From positions 10,717 to 74,716 of the forward strand of contig CAYGFK010000001.1 of the NCBI GenBank assembly GCA_964349135.1: a DNA stretch of 64,000 nucleotides. The letters run 5' to 3'. This DNA is from an uncultured Candidatus Saccharibacteria bacterium (GTDB lineage Bacteria > Patescibacteriota > Minisyncoccia > Phycocordibacterales > DSPV01). The translations under genes and the position numbers were made by a program. Of the stretch, positions 38,233 through 46,055 are shown one piece after another. The notes under the pieces were generated by a model. It was not told the origin of the DNA, did not search any database, and worked only from the letters and a program-made list of their open reading frames with translations. Position 1 is the stretch's first letter, and each line of letters starts with the position of its first letter.

Positions 38233-38503
38233 TCCGGGATAGCTCAGCGGTAGAGCAGTCGCCTGTAAACATATTTGCAGCTTTTCACCGAAAGGTGGAT
38301 TGAAAAACTTCGGGATAACGGTGGAGCCCCTCTGGGGTAATACCGTGGGAACCCTTACTAATTAATTAGTTGGGGGCGCCGTAGAGACTAGATACCGAAG
38401 CACCTAAGGTTTTCATAACTATGGTGGTGATATAGTCCACGCCATTGGTAACAATGGATAACGTGTAAGCGATTGGTCGCAGGTTCGAATCCTGCTCCCG
38501 GAG
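38233..38503 (+). tRNA. tRNA-Asn(GUU) interrupted by a 199-nt group I intron (38267-38465) in the anticodon loop, between nt 35 and 36
   Basis: 5' exon TCCGGGATAGCTCAGCGGTAGAGCAGTCGCCTGT and 3' exon TAAGCGATTGGTCGCAGGTTCGAATCCTGCTCCCGGAG. Spliced product has loop CUGUUAA. Close to B. subtilis tRNA-Asn. The intron carries Azoarcus-like P7/P9 elements (GTAGAGACTAGA, CACCTAAGG, CTATGG, ATAGTCC) and ends in G. Confidence 0.8.
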
Positions 38504-38519
38504 TTGCCAAAATTAATAT

Positions 38520-38545
38520 GCCCCGCAAGGGGCGTTTTAATTTTG
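38520..38545 (+). terminator. Rho-independent terminator after the tRNA
   Basis: gccccGCAAggggc followed by GTTTTAATTTT. Confidence 0.6.
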
Positions 38546-38663
38546 TTGCAACTCCGAGGAGAGGACGCAAAAGTCTTTGCGTCCGTCAGGATTCGAAAGG
38601 GTCGTTGGGTTCCCGTTCGTGAAGCGAATGGGATACGACCACCTGCGACGGTAGTCGAGAATT

Positions 38664-38679
38664 CTCCTGCTCCCGGAGT
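38664..38679 (+). repeat. 16-nt direct repeat of the tRNA-Asn 3' end (TCCTGCTCCCGGAGTT; first copy 38490-38505)
   Basis: Exact match read from sequence. It lies in a 290-bp structured noncoding stretch with a GGACGCAAAAGTCTTTGCGTCC hairpin and two CAGGATTCGAAAG elements. Confidence 0.75.
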
Positions 38680-38771
38680 TAGAGTAAGTTTAGCCCCGTT
38701 GCGAGAGCAATGGGGATTTACTTATCTCTCTGCGGGGCAGGATTCGAAAGACGGAGAATACAGTCAACGTA

Positions 38772-38842
38772 TTGACCAAAAGTTCTAGATGTAGTACTAT
38801 ATTGCTAGTTCCAGAGTCACTCAAAACCTCAAAGAAAGGAAG
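38772..38842 (+). promoter_or_regulatory. Promoter (TTGACC-17-TACTAT) plus conserved leader motif, copy 4
   Basis: Leader cactCAAAACCTCAAAGAAAGGAAGtatcc then a TTG start at 38848. Confidence 0.55.
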
Positions 38843-38847
38843 TATCC

Positions 38848-39489
38848 TTGAAAACATACATATCGTTAGTGCTTGCGCTGTCAGTGTCGTTGTTGTTTGG
38901 CGACGATTCCGACAGAGTTTCAAGTCCAGGAATACTCTTGGGCTACAAAGGCGTCGGACTCGATGGCTACACGTTCAGCCATGATACGCACCCCAACGAC
39001 CCTTTCCTGATGAATTCAGGGCAACCGGGCTCAGCAGGGGAAACCAAACTCGATGACCCGTTGCACTTCTTGGCCGTTGGCCTGACGTATGACGTGCCAC
39101 TGGGTAAGTCATGGACCGTCGCCATAGGAGCTGGCGGTTTATTTATCCCAAACCGGGATGAGCATCAAAATGATAACGATACGCGCCCGGCAGAAAATGG
39201 CGCATTCGTATATTCTGAAGCAAATTTTGGCGTATTCGCGACGGTCGGCTTGTCGTATGATGTCACCAAACGTTGTTACGTTGGCATCGAGGGACAGGTT
39301 GCCGGAATCTTTGTCGAAAGCGGATGGGACCGTTTTAATTCGGATGAGAGAGTTCATTCGAGTACAGAATGGGTTCCGTCTATTGGACCAAAAATTGGTT
39401 ACTGGGTTAATGAACACTTTCTCATGGAGGTAGGCGTTCAGTTTGGCCACTCGGTTGGTGGGACGGTATCGCTCAGATATCGATTTTGA
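38848..39489 (+). CDS. Secreted OmpW-like 8-strand beta-barrel protein (213 aa, TTG start)
   Basis: N-terminal signal peptide MKTYISLVLALSVSLLFG. Alternating hydrophobic beta-strand pattern. C-terminus ...VSLRYRF matches the OmpW-family terminal GYRF/aromatic-end barrel signal. Confidence 0.5.
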   Translation: MKTYISLVLALSVSLLFGDDSDRVSSPGILLGYKGVGLDGYTFSHDTHPNDPFLMNSGQPGSAGETKLDDPLHFLAVGLTYDVPLGKSWTVAIGAGGLFIPNRDEHQNDNDTRPAENGAFVYSEANFGVFATVGLSYDVTKRCYVGIEGQVAGIFVESGWDRFNSDERVHSSTEWVPSIGPKIGYWVNEHFLMEVGVQFGHSVGGTVSLRYRF

Positions 39490-39504
39490 ACCTGTTACGA
39501 ACAA

Positions 39505-39540
39505 GCCCGAGACCTATGGTCTCGGGCTCTTTCTTTTCAT
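39505..39540 (+). terminator. Rho-independent terminator
   Basis: agcccgagaccTATGggtctcgggct followed by CTTTCTTTTC. Confidence 0.65.
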
Positions 39541-39587
39541 AAAGTGAAAAATGTAATACACTTTTCTCTTATAACGTCTTACATTCA

Positions 39588-39947
39588 ATGCATCGGACTA
39601 CCAGATACATAACGATTGGCACCGGCATCATTGCACCCCTGTCAGTCTCCGCACAAAATTACGATATCTCCACAATCGAAGGCATGGTATCTGCCGTTTC
39701 CGGAATCATTAACACAATATTTCCGGCACTTACGGCTCTCGCCGTATTCATGATAGCGTGGGCGATATTTAGCTTCATTATAAACGCAGGGGACTCGGAG
39801 AAACGGAAGCAAGGATTGATGCACATCATATGGACGCTTATAGGTGTATTTCTCCTTTTTTCCATTTGGGGCCTCGTGAACATCTTGAAAAATACGTTTA
39901 CTCTAGACACAACGCCTCCTCCGCTTCCCACAACGCTCATTCCGTAG
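39588..39947 (+). CDS. Small secreted two-TM protein with a Pro/Thr-rich C-terminus (VirB2/TrbC-pilin-like topology)
   Basis: Signal-like N-terminus ending SVSAQ, two long hydrophobic helices separated by the NAGDSEKRKQG loop, and a TTPPPLPTTLIP tail. Confidence 0.35.
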   Translation: MHRTTRYITIGTGIIAPLSVSAQNYDISTIEGMVSAVSGIINTIFPALTALAVFMIAWAIFSFIINAGDSEKRKQGLMHIIWTLIGVFLLFSIWGLVNILKNTFTLDTTPPPLPTTLIP

Positions 39948-40136
39948 CCGATTCTTATTGTCGAGAGTACTTAGTAATTCGTGACCGAGTCTTGTTCCCG
40001 GGGAGGTAGGGACATAGTGAAAGATGAGAGATATAAAGAGTTCTAATTTGATTTTTCCGTGATTATGTTATATAAATCGTAATAGAGTTCTATAAAAGAA
40101 GGGAGGTGAATTAGTATTAAAAGTACCACTTTTAGT

Positions 40137-40328
40137 GTGAAGGATTCTGATTTTCAGACATCCTCTTGGTCAAACAAACGATTCAAACCGCTTTGTGTAC
40201 AGGTCGCTCGAAAGCGACAGGGTGTAGCGGTGCGTGACAGTAAAGACCAAGCAAAACAAACTCTTTACTTCAGTCGTAAGGAGTGGAACGCCTTTATTAA
40301 GGGCGTGAAAGCAGGGGAGTTTGATTAA
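40137..40328 (+). CDS. Small hypothetical protein (63 aa, GTG start)
   Basis: GGGAGGTG RBS upstream. Terminator at 40338-40372 (agccccgccagTGAActggcggggct plus T6). Confidence 0.35.
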   Translation: MKDSDFQTSSWSNKRFKPLCVQVARKRQGVAVRDSKDQAKQTLYFSRKEWNAFIKGVKAGEFD

Positions 40329-40615
40329 CCCTGAACGCAAGCCCCGCCAGTGAACTGGCGGGGCTTTTTTATGCCAGAGATAGCAACAGGTCCTTGCAAG
40401 ATTCATCTATTGGGTCGGGTATTTCTAGTATTTCGCATCAGATTGACAAAATGTGAAGACAAGTGTATTATGTAGCTCTGACACTCTCACTGGTTTTTGT
40501 TCAGGGAATACCGATTCCTTCAAAGCTCTAAAGCTTTATCTGAAAAACTCGCGAGACTCGATTGCGATAAAAGCATCGGCGCTCGGGAGTGTTTTTTATT
40601 TTTCTAACATCATGT

Positions 40616-41845
40616 ATGTATAACAGAACAAGAGGTCATTCAGGTGGCACTAAAGGGCGATTTCCAAGTAGGACGGGGCATTTTAGTCATGGCAGGGGTA
40701 GGTCTCATCACGCTCGTCCAAGTCGGCGTCTTCCCGGAACGCAGTACATCGACCCTGCGGTTTTCGTCAACAAAGTTGCGATAACCGAAGTTGCGGAGCA
40801 TTTTATACCTGAACACCAGTTCACTGATTTTGAGATAGCTGAGGAGCTTAAACAGGCGATTGTTGCTCGAGGGTATATTGTGCCTACTCCTATTCAGGAC
40901 CGCACTATTCCACACATCCTCAGAAATCTTGACGTCGTGGGAATTGCAAATACCGGAACCGGCAAAACCGGAGCATTTCTTGTACCCGCCATTGATAAGG
41001 TTCTCCGAAAACGAACAGAGAAGATTTTGGTTATTGTTCCTACGCGGGAGCTTGCTCTTCAGATAGACACAGAACTCAAGTCGTTCACCAAGACATCTCG
41101 GATACATTCGGTGGTATGTGTTGGCGGAACCAGTATGGGGAAACAGATATCTGATTTGCGGAGACCGTATAACTTCATTATCGGCACCCCCGGACGTATC
41201 AAAGACCTCATCAATAGAAAATGTATACGACTTTCCGAGTTCAAGACGTTGGTGTTGGATGAGGCAGACCGAATGCTCGACATGGGATTTGTCGGCGACA
41301 TGCGCTTTGTGGTGTCACTGATGCCCAAAGACAGGCAGACCATGTTCTTTTCGGCAACCGTTTCGTCGTCAATTGAGAAACTCATAAGTGAATTTGTACG
41401 TGAGCCGGTACGAGTGTCGGTGAAGACCGGAGATACGTCAAAGAATGTTGAGCAAGACGTTGTAAAAGTTACGGACCCAAGTAAAAAACTGGAACGTTTG
41501 CATGACCTTTTGATTGAAAAAGATTTCAAGAAAGTACTCGTCTTTTTGAGAACGAAGCATGCTGCTGAGCGGTTATCTAAAGACCTAATTCAGAGGGGTT
41601 TTAAAGCAACCTCGATTCATGGCAACAAGAGCCATATCAAACGACAACAGGCGCTTGGTAGTTTCAGAAAGGGGGAAGTGCAGGTCCTTGTTGCGACTGA
41701 CGTGGCGGCCCGTGGGTTAGATATCGATGGAGTCAGTCATGTCATCAATTATGATTTGCCGGCAACGTACGATGATTATGTGCACCGTATTGGACGCACT
41801 GGCCGAGGAGACAAAAAGGGCAAAGCGCTTACCTTCATTCAATAA
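40616..41845 (+). CDS. DEAD-box ATP-dependent RNA helicase with an Arg/Gly/His-rich N-terminal extension
   Basis: Q motif, Walker A GTGKTG, DEAD, SAT, HRIGRTGRG. Confidence 0.9.
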   Translation: MYNRTRGHSGGTKGRFPSRTGHFSHGRGRSHHARPSRRLPGTQYIDPAVFVNKVAITEVAEHFIPEHQFTDFEIAEELKQAIVARGYIVPTPIQDRTIPHILRNLDVVGIANTGTGKTGAFLVPAIDKVLRKRTEKILVIVPTRELALQIDTELKSFTKTSRIHSVVCVGGTSMGKQISDLRRPYNFIIGTPGRIKDLINRKCIRLSEFKTLVLDEADRMLDMGFVGDMRFVVSLMPKDRQTMFFSATVSSSIEKLISEFVREPVRVSVKTGDTSKNVEQDVVKVTDPSKKLERLHDLLIEKDFKKVLVFLRTKHAAERLSKDLIQRGFKATSIHGNKSHIKRQQALGSFRKGEVQVLVATDVAARGLDIDGVSHVINYDLPATYDDYVHRIGRTGRGDKKGKALTFIQ

Positions 41846-42074
41846 TGAAACATTCACATCCACAAAAGAAATCGTACGGTCACGGCTGGGTCTACAAGAA
41901 GACCTTGTCGCCGATTTTGGTATGTTCTTGTGGCTCTAAATATCTAAAGACTCGCCCCAGTCAGACAAAATGCGTCAGGTGCTTTACGAGGAGTTAGCCC
42001 TCCTCTGCAAGGTCCGACCTCGCCGTAGAATTGACGTATTTCTACAACCATGGTACTCTCCTCTGGAGTCAATC

Positions 42075-42096
42075 TGAACCTTCAACGAAAGAGACA
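42075..42096 (+). promoter_or_regulatory. Conserved leader motif, copy 5 (ctGAACCTTCAACGAAAGAGacatct)
   Basis: Precedes the ATG of the MDMQSVRV... gene. Local coordinates are approximate (+/-1). Confidence 0.45.
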
Positions 42097-42099
42097 TCT

Positions 42100-42546
42100 A
42101 TGGACATGCAAAGTGTTAGGGTCGGCAAAATCCACTACGCGGGTTCGTCTGGTCGTCGTCAGTATCCAGTCATCTACAAAGTATTTGGACAGCAGATTAT
42201 ATTTACCGGTCTCAAGGTGGAATGTCCTTCAACCAGACATTCCGCCACAGAAATTGTCTGGCTTATTGCCACACAGGAGGGAATTATCCCGGCGACAGGA
42301 ATGTTTTTTGACCTCCAGACGCGCTTGGGGTACCCAGAGCTTCGGCCGGGGAAATTCATCTTTAGCTTACTTGTGCTTGAGCAGTTCGGGTCCGGCGTCC
42401 GAGTAGTCGGTTGGAAAGAAGGAGTATGCCACCCCTTGGTTCTCCAGCACTTCCAGGGTTACATCAGCGATTCCGACTTGGGAGTTTCCCTGCAGAACGT
42501 AAGTCCAAGTCAAGGTGTCTATCAGCCAATACAGGCGTGCGAATAA
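42100..42546 (+). CDS. Hypothetical protein (148 aa), third member of the small-protein paralog family
   Basis: Start at the internal Met of the track ORF, directly after the leader motif. Shares N-terminal MQSVRV and the QQIIFTGLKVEC block with 5743 (MQTVRV; QAIIQAFEQLDC). Confidence 0.45.
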   Translation: MDMQSVRVGKIHYAGSSGRRQYPVIYKVFGQQIIFTGLKVECPSTRHSATEIVWLIATQEGIIPATGMFFDLQTRLGYPELRPGKFIFSLLVLEQFGSGVRVVGWKEGVCHPLVLQHFQGYISDSDLGVSLQNVSPSQGVYQPIQACE

Positions 42547-42613
42547 CCGTCTGTGAAAATCGAATGCTCGCGCGTTCGGTTTTTTCTTTTGAGAACTGTT
42601 GTATTATGGTGAT

Positions 42614-42772
42614 ATGAAGAAAAGCAGAATTCTATTTTCCGTACTCGCCATACTATTCGGAGTATTCATGGTTGTGTACGGTGGATACGACGATAGTCCC
42701 GGCGCGCAAGGACTTGGACTACTTGCCGTCATTGGCGGTATCATCGGTGTGATAAAGAGTAGGGGAGTTTAA
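42614..42772 (+). CDS. Tiny membrane peptide (52 aa, 2 TM)
   Basis: ATG after TATTAT. Two hydrophobic helices. Below the track size cut-off and found by manual translation. Confidence 0.3.
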   Translation: MKKSRILFSVLAILFGVFMVVYGGYDDSPGAQGLGLLAVIGGIIGVIKSRGV

Positions 42773-42802
42773 CAGACGCTATAGAAAACCCGCCAAATTA
42801 TT

Positions 42803-43015
42803 ATGGAATTAGTCACCGTTCTCTTAGTGCTCGTTGTTGTACTTGCGCTCGGCACCACGTACGCGTGGTACCAATTTTATAAAGTAATCAAGAACGAATG
42901 CGATACGTGCTCAGTTGGACTGCATCAGAGCCCGTTTCGCTCGAAGTGTTTTGTAGGAGCACTTTTCTTTAGTGGCGCATTAGTGCTCGCACTGTACGCG
43001 TACGCACTCGTCTAA
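42803..43015 (+). CDS. Small membrane protein (70 aa, 2 TM, CDTC motif)
   Basis: Hydropathy plus C-x2-C in the loop. Confidence 0.35.
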   Translation: MELVTVLLVLVVVLALGTTYAWYQFYKVIKNECDTCSVGLHQSPFRSKCFVGALFFSGALVLALYAYALV

Positions 43016-43074
43016 GATGTCACTTGACATTCGTAGGTATCGTCGTATCATATAGTCAGAACGAAAGGAAACTT

Positions 43075-43188
43075 ATGGAGATTCTGCTCTTTGTTGTGGT
43101 GTACGTAATTGTTGGCCTCTTCTCTTTTTGCGCGCTTGGTCGCGCTCGAAAGACGGGGGATTCCATACGAATTACTGACGACTCCTAG
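43075..43188 (+). CDS. Tiny single-TM peptide (37 aa)
   Basis: SD GAAAGGAAA 6 nt before the ATG. Terminator directly after (43205-43232, aacgccccgaTGTTCAtcggggcgtt plus T5). Confidence 0.3.
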   Translation: MEILLFVVVYVIVGLFSFCALGRARKTGDSIRITDDS

Positions 43189-43237
43189 GAGTCGTGCTCA
43201 AAACGCCCCGATGTTCATCGGGGCGTTTTTCTTACAG

Positions 43238-43260
43238 TATTTCAAGGTCCGACCTTGAAA
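43238..43260. repeat. 23-bp perfect palindrome ATTTCAAGGTCCGACCTTGAAAT, copy 2
   Basis: Identical to 6240-6262. Again sits about 6 nt after a terminator T-run. Confidence 0.8.
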
Positions 43261-43354
43261 TGGAGGTGTTTGAACATTTAAACTTTTCTTTTCTGTCTTT
43301 TGTTCTATACTCTCGAGAGAATAAATTCCGGTCTTTGCCGGAGAAAGGAAGATT

Positions 43355-43576
43355 ATGGATTCAATAAATTCGCTTGCTAATGTAGTGGCCGTAGCAGCCA
43401 AGATGAGAGGGGACCCGCTCGTAATGATGGATTTCATCAGGGATGCACTCGAACGTATTCGTGATGGTAAGGAGGTTGTAGAGGAATATCCCGCAACAGG
43501 AAACCCTTCATTGCGTGATGTGTATAAGATTGCCGCGCGTCTTCAACAGGAAGCGGCTACAGCTGAAGCCGTATAA
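43355..43576 (+). CDS. Small hypothetical protein (73 aa)
   Basis: SD GAAAGGAAG. Terminator at 43580-43608 (actgccgaCCAAGGtcggcag plus T6) with the same stem as the 6203 terminator. Confidence 0.4.
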   Translation: MDSINSLANVVAVAAKMRGDPLVMMDFIRDALERIRDGKEVVEEYPATGNPSLRDVYKIAARLQQEAATAEAV

Positions 43577-43654
43577 CAATTACTGCCGACCAAGGTCGGC
43601 AGTTTTTTGTCACACCCTGCCGTCATAGCACGTCTTAGAGTATAATAAATCCCT

Positions 43655-44590
43655 ATGGACCCTCAACATGAGCATAAAAAGAACATAGACCAGAAGACCT
43701 TACTGAGCGTAGCCGGTATGGTCATTCTTGCTCTGTTTGCTCTCGTGTATTTTTCACTTTCAACGCGACTTAGTCGTATCGATGAACAGCTTGCCTCACT
43801 TACGTCTCAGGCCAATCAGCTTGAGGCCGGCGTAGCTACTCTCAACGAAAAGTCGCAAGGTCTCTCAGATGTACTTTCTGCTACCGCTGTCGGTTTGCAG
43901 AATACCCAAGCGAACATACAAAACGTGCAATCTCAGGTCGGCAGTGTTACAGAAACACTCGGCCAAGTGACCGGCTCGGTGACGACACTTGAGAAACTCT
44001 CAAAGACCGACCCGGAACTTCTCCAGAAATATTCCAAAGTCTTTTTTCTCAATGAGCACTATACGCCGGAACGAGTAGTGGGCATTCCGTCAGAGTTTTT
44101 GTATTACGAGAAAAATCCGGAAGTCATTCATGCGCACGTCGCACCCTATCTTGGAACACTGCTTAGTGTCGCGAAGTCCGCCGGTATCAATCTCTATATA
44201 CTCTCCGCGTATCGTTCGTTTGATGAGCAACAGAACTTGAAATCTGATTATACGGTGGTGTACGGAGCAGGAACGGCAAATCAATTCTCTGCGGACCAGG
44301 GCTATTCGGAACACCAACTTGGTACAGCCGTCGACTTCATGACGACAGGAATAGGAGGTACGTTGGACGGGTTCGATACGACCGGGGCCTACGCGTGGCT
44401 TACGTCACACGCACATCTCTACGGGTTCACACTTTCGTATCCCAAAGGCAACAGTTTTTATATCTTCGAGCCGTGGCATTGGCGATATGTAGGTGTGGCA
44501 TTGGCAACTGAACTTTATAATTCAGACAAACATTTCTACGACCTTGACCAGCGCGAGATAGACGCGTATCTAGTCAGGCTTTTTGAGTAA
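43655..44590 (+). CDS. Membrane-anchored D-alanyl-D-alanine carboxypeptidase (VanY / peptidase M15 family) with a coiled-coil linker
   Basis: N-terminal TM. M15 zinc motifs SEHQLGTAVDF and EPWHWRYVG. Confidence 0.75.
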   Translation: MDPQHEHKKNIDQKTLLSVAGMVILALFALVYFSLSTRLSRIDEQLASLTSQANQLEAGVATLNEKSQGLSDVLSATAVGLQNTQANIQNVQSQVGSVTETLGQVTGSVTTLEKLSKTDPELLQKYSKVFFLNEHYTPERVVGIPSEFLYYEKNPEVIHAHVAPYLGTLLSVAKSAGINLYILSAYRSFDEQQNLKSDYTVVYGAGTANQFSADQGYSEHQLGTAVDFMTTGIGGTLDGFDTTGAYAWLTSHAHLYGFTLSYPKGNSFYIFEPWHWRYVGVALATELYNSDKHFYDLDQREIDAYLVRLFE

Positions 44591-44595
44591 GTGGC

Positions 44596-45150
44596 CTAGA
44601 ACAGTGTGTGTCCGAGCGATGCCGTGAGGGTGACAATGCTGAAACTACCGACCATGAGGACAGGAGCCAGATGGAGGTACCTTATACCTGCGAGCGCGAG
44701 CGCGAGCATCAAGAGGTCGTTTGGAAATGGCGTGAAGCCGATATAGCAGAGGACGAACGTATACATAATCCACGGAGGGAGTTTCGCTATTTTCTCGGAG
44801 AATTTTTGGATATTTGGAATTGAGCGAGCTTCAAGTACCCGTACACCACGTCGCGCGATAAGAAAGAAGATGGAGTCGCTTAGGAATATTCCGAGACCGC
44901 CAAAAATCCCAAGGAGTAAGGGGTTGGCACCTCCAGCCCCGAACGTGGCGATAGAGACAAAAAAAGGAGCTCCGGTAAGCGTTGAAAGTCCGCCGAATAC
45001 GGCGAGTAAGAAGGCAATGAGGTAGGTGTTATGTACACCGATGTTGTCGATGAAGATTGACGGGGGTATGAAAACGAAAAAGAGCGTCCACGCAACAAGA
45101 AAGAGAACGAGAAGCCAAAATCCCCAGTGTTTTTTAAACCATTGTGACAT
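44596..45150 (-). CDS. DedA / VTT-domain family membrane protein
   Basis: 184 aa multi-TM. Resembles the DedA/TVP38 family (G-rich GAPFFVSIATFGAGG). Confidence 0.6.
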   Translation of the reverse strand: MSQWFKKHWGFWLLVLFLVAWTLFFVFIPPSIFIDNIGVHNTYLIAFLLAVFGGLSTLTGAPFFVSIATFGAGGANPLLLGIFGGLGIFLSDSIFFLIARRGVRVLEARSIPNIQKFSEKIAKLPPWIMYTFVLCYIGFTPFPNDLLMLALALAGIRYLHLAPVLMVGSFSIVTLTASLGHTLF

Positions 45151-45239
45151 TGATGGGGGATGTGGGTAGCTTAGGCATGCCCAAACATAAGTCCATTATA
45201 TACTATTGTCACTTTCTGGTAAGATAATCGAACACGCCA

Positions 45240-45998
45240 ATGCTTTCAGTTATCTTCGCGTCATGTGTCATCATGCTCACCTCGCTCATCGGGGTTATTT
45301 CATTATGGGGGAAGATGGGTAATGTCATCGCACGGAACCTAAGCTTTTTGGTGAGTTTCTCTTCAGGGGTATTTCTCATTGTTGCGTACGAGCTTCTGGA
45401 GGAGACGTTTGAGCATGCTACCGGCCTGGCAGGCGGACTTGTATGGATTACCGTTGGTATCGGGGGGTTACTCATTCTCTTCAAGTTTTTACCGCAGTTC
45501 CACCATCACCATAGCGGACATGACGAACAAGAACATGCGCACACCTCGCTTGATGCACGGAGGATTCTTTTGAGCGACGGCATGCATAATATCGGTGACG
45601 GCATTTTGCTTTCCGCTGCATTCGCTGTAGACACTCGGCTTGGTATATTGACTACATCAAGTGTTTTTATTCATGAGATACTTCAAGAGATATCAGAGTT
45701 TTTTGTGCTCAAAGAAGCAGGTTATTCCACAAAGAAGGCCCTTTTTATGAATTTTATCGTTTCGGGGACGATACTTATCGGAGCACTCGGTTCTTTTTTC
45801 TTGCTTGAGAATTTCGAAGGAGTCGAGACAATGCTTCTCGGCATTTCAGCCGGCGCGTTTGTGGTTGTCGTATTTCATGACCTCATCCCTCATTCTGTCC
45901 GGCAGTCACGCAAGACGAAGAGTTATCTCCGGCACGCGCTCTGGTTCTTAACCGGAGCCGCCCTCATGTCTTTCCTGAGTGTATTTGCAACGCACTGA
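45240..45998 (+). CDS. ZIP-family divalent metal transporter (ZupT-like)
   Basis: His-rich loop HHHHSGHDEQEHAH. Conserved HNIGDG and HEILQE helices. Confidence 0.75.
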   Translation: MLSVIFASCVIMLTSLIGVISLWGKMGNVIARNLSFLVSFSSGVFLIVAYELLEETFEHATGLAGGLVWITVGIGGLLILFKFLPQFHHHHSGHDEQEHAHTSLDARRILLSDGMHNIGDGILLSAAFAVDTRLGILTTSSVFIHEILQEISEFFVLKEAGYSTKKALFMNFIVSGTILIGALGSFFLLENFEGVETMLLGISAGAFVVVVFHDLIPHSVRQSRKTKSYLRHALWFLTGAALMSFLSVFATH

Positions 45999-46055
45999 TG
46001 TGACTGGGCCGACAACGTTTTCTCTACATTTTTAGACGTGGTACACTAAAGCACG

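Noticed and set aside
38388-38788. Track ORFs 38504-38788 (+, TTG start) and 38388-38570 (-) over the tRNA and its downstream region
   Set aside because: They overlap the tRNA 3' exon, the group I intron and the structured repeat region. There is no RBS, and the sequence features are RNA-like hairpins and a repeated tRNA end, not coding.
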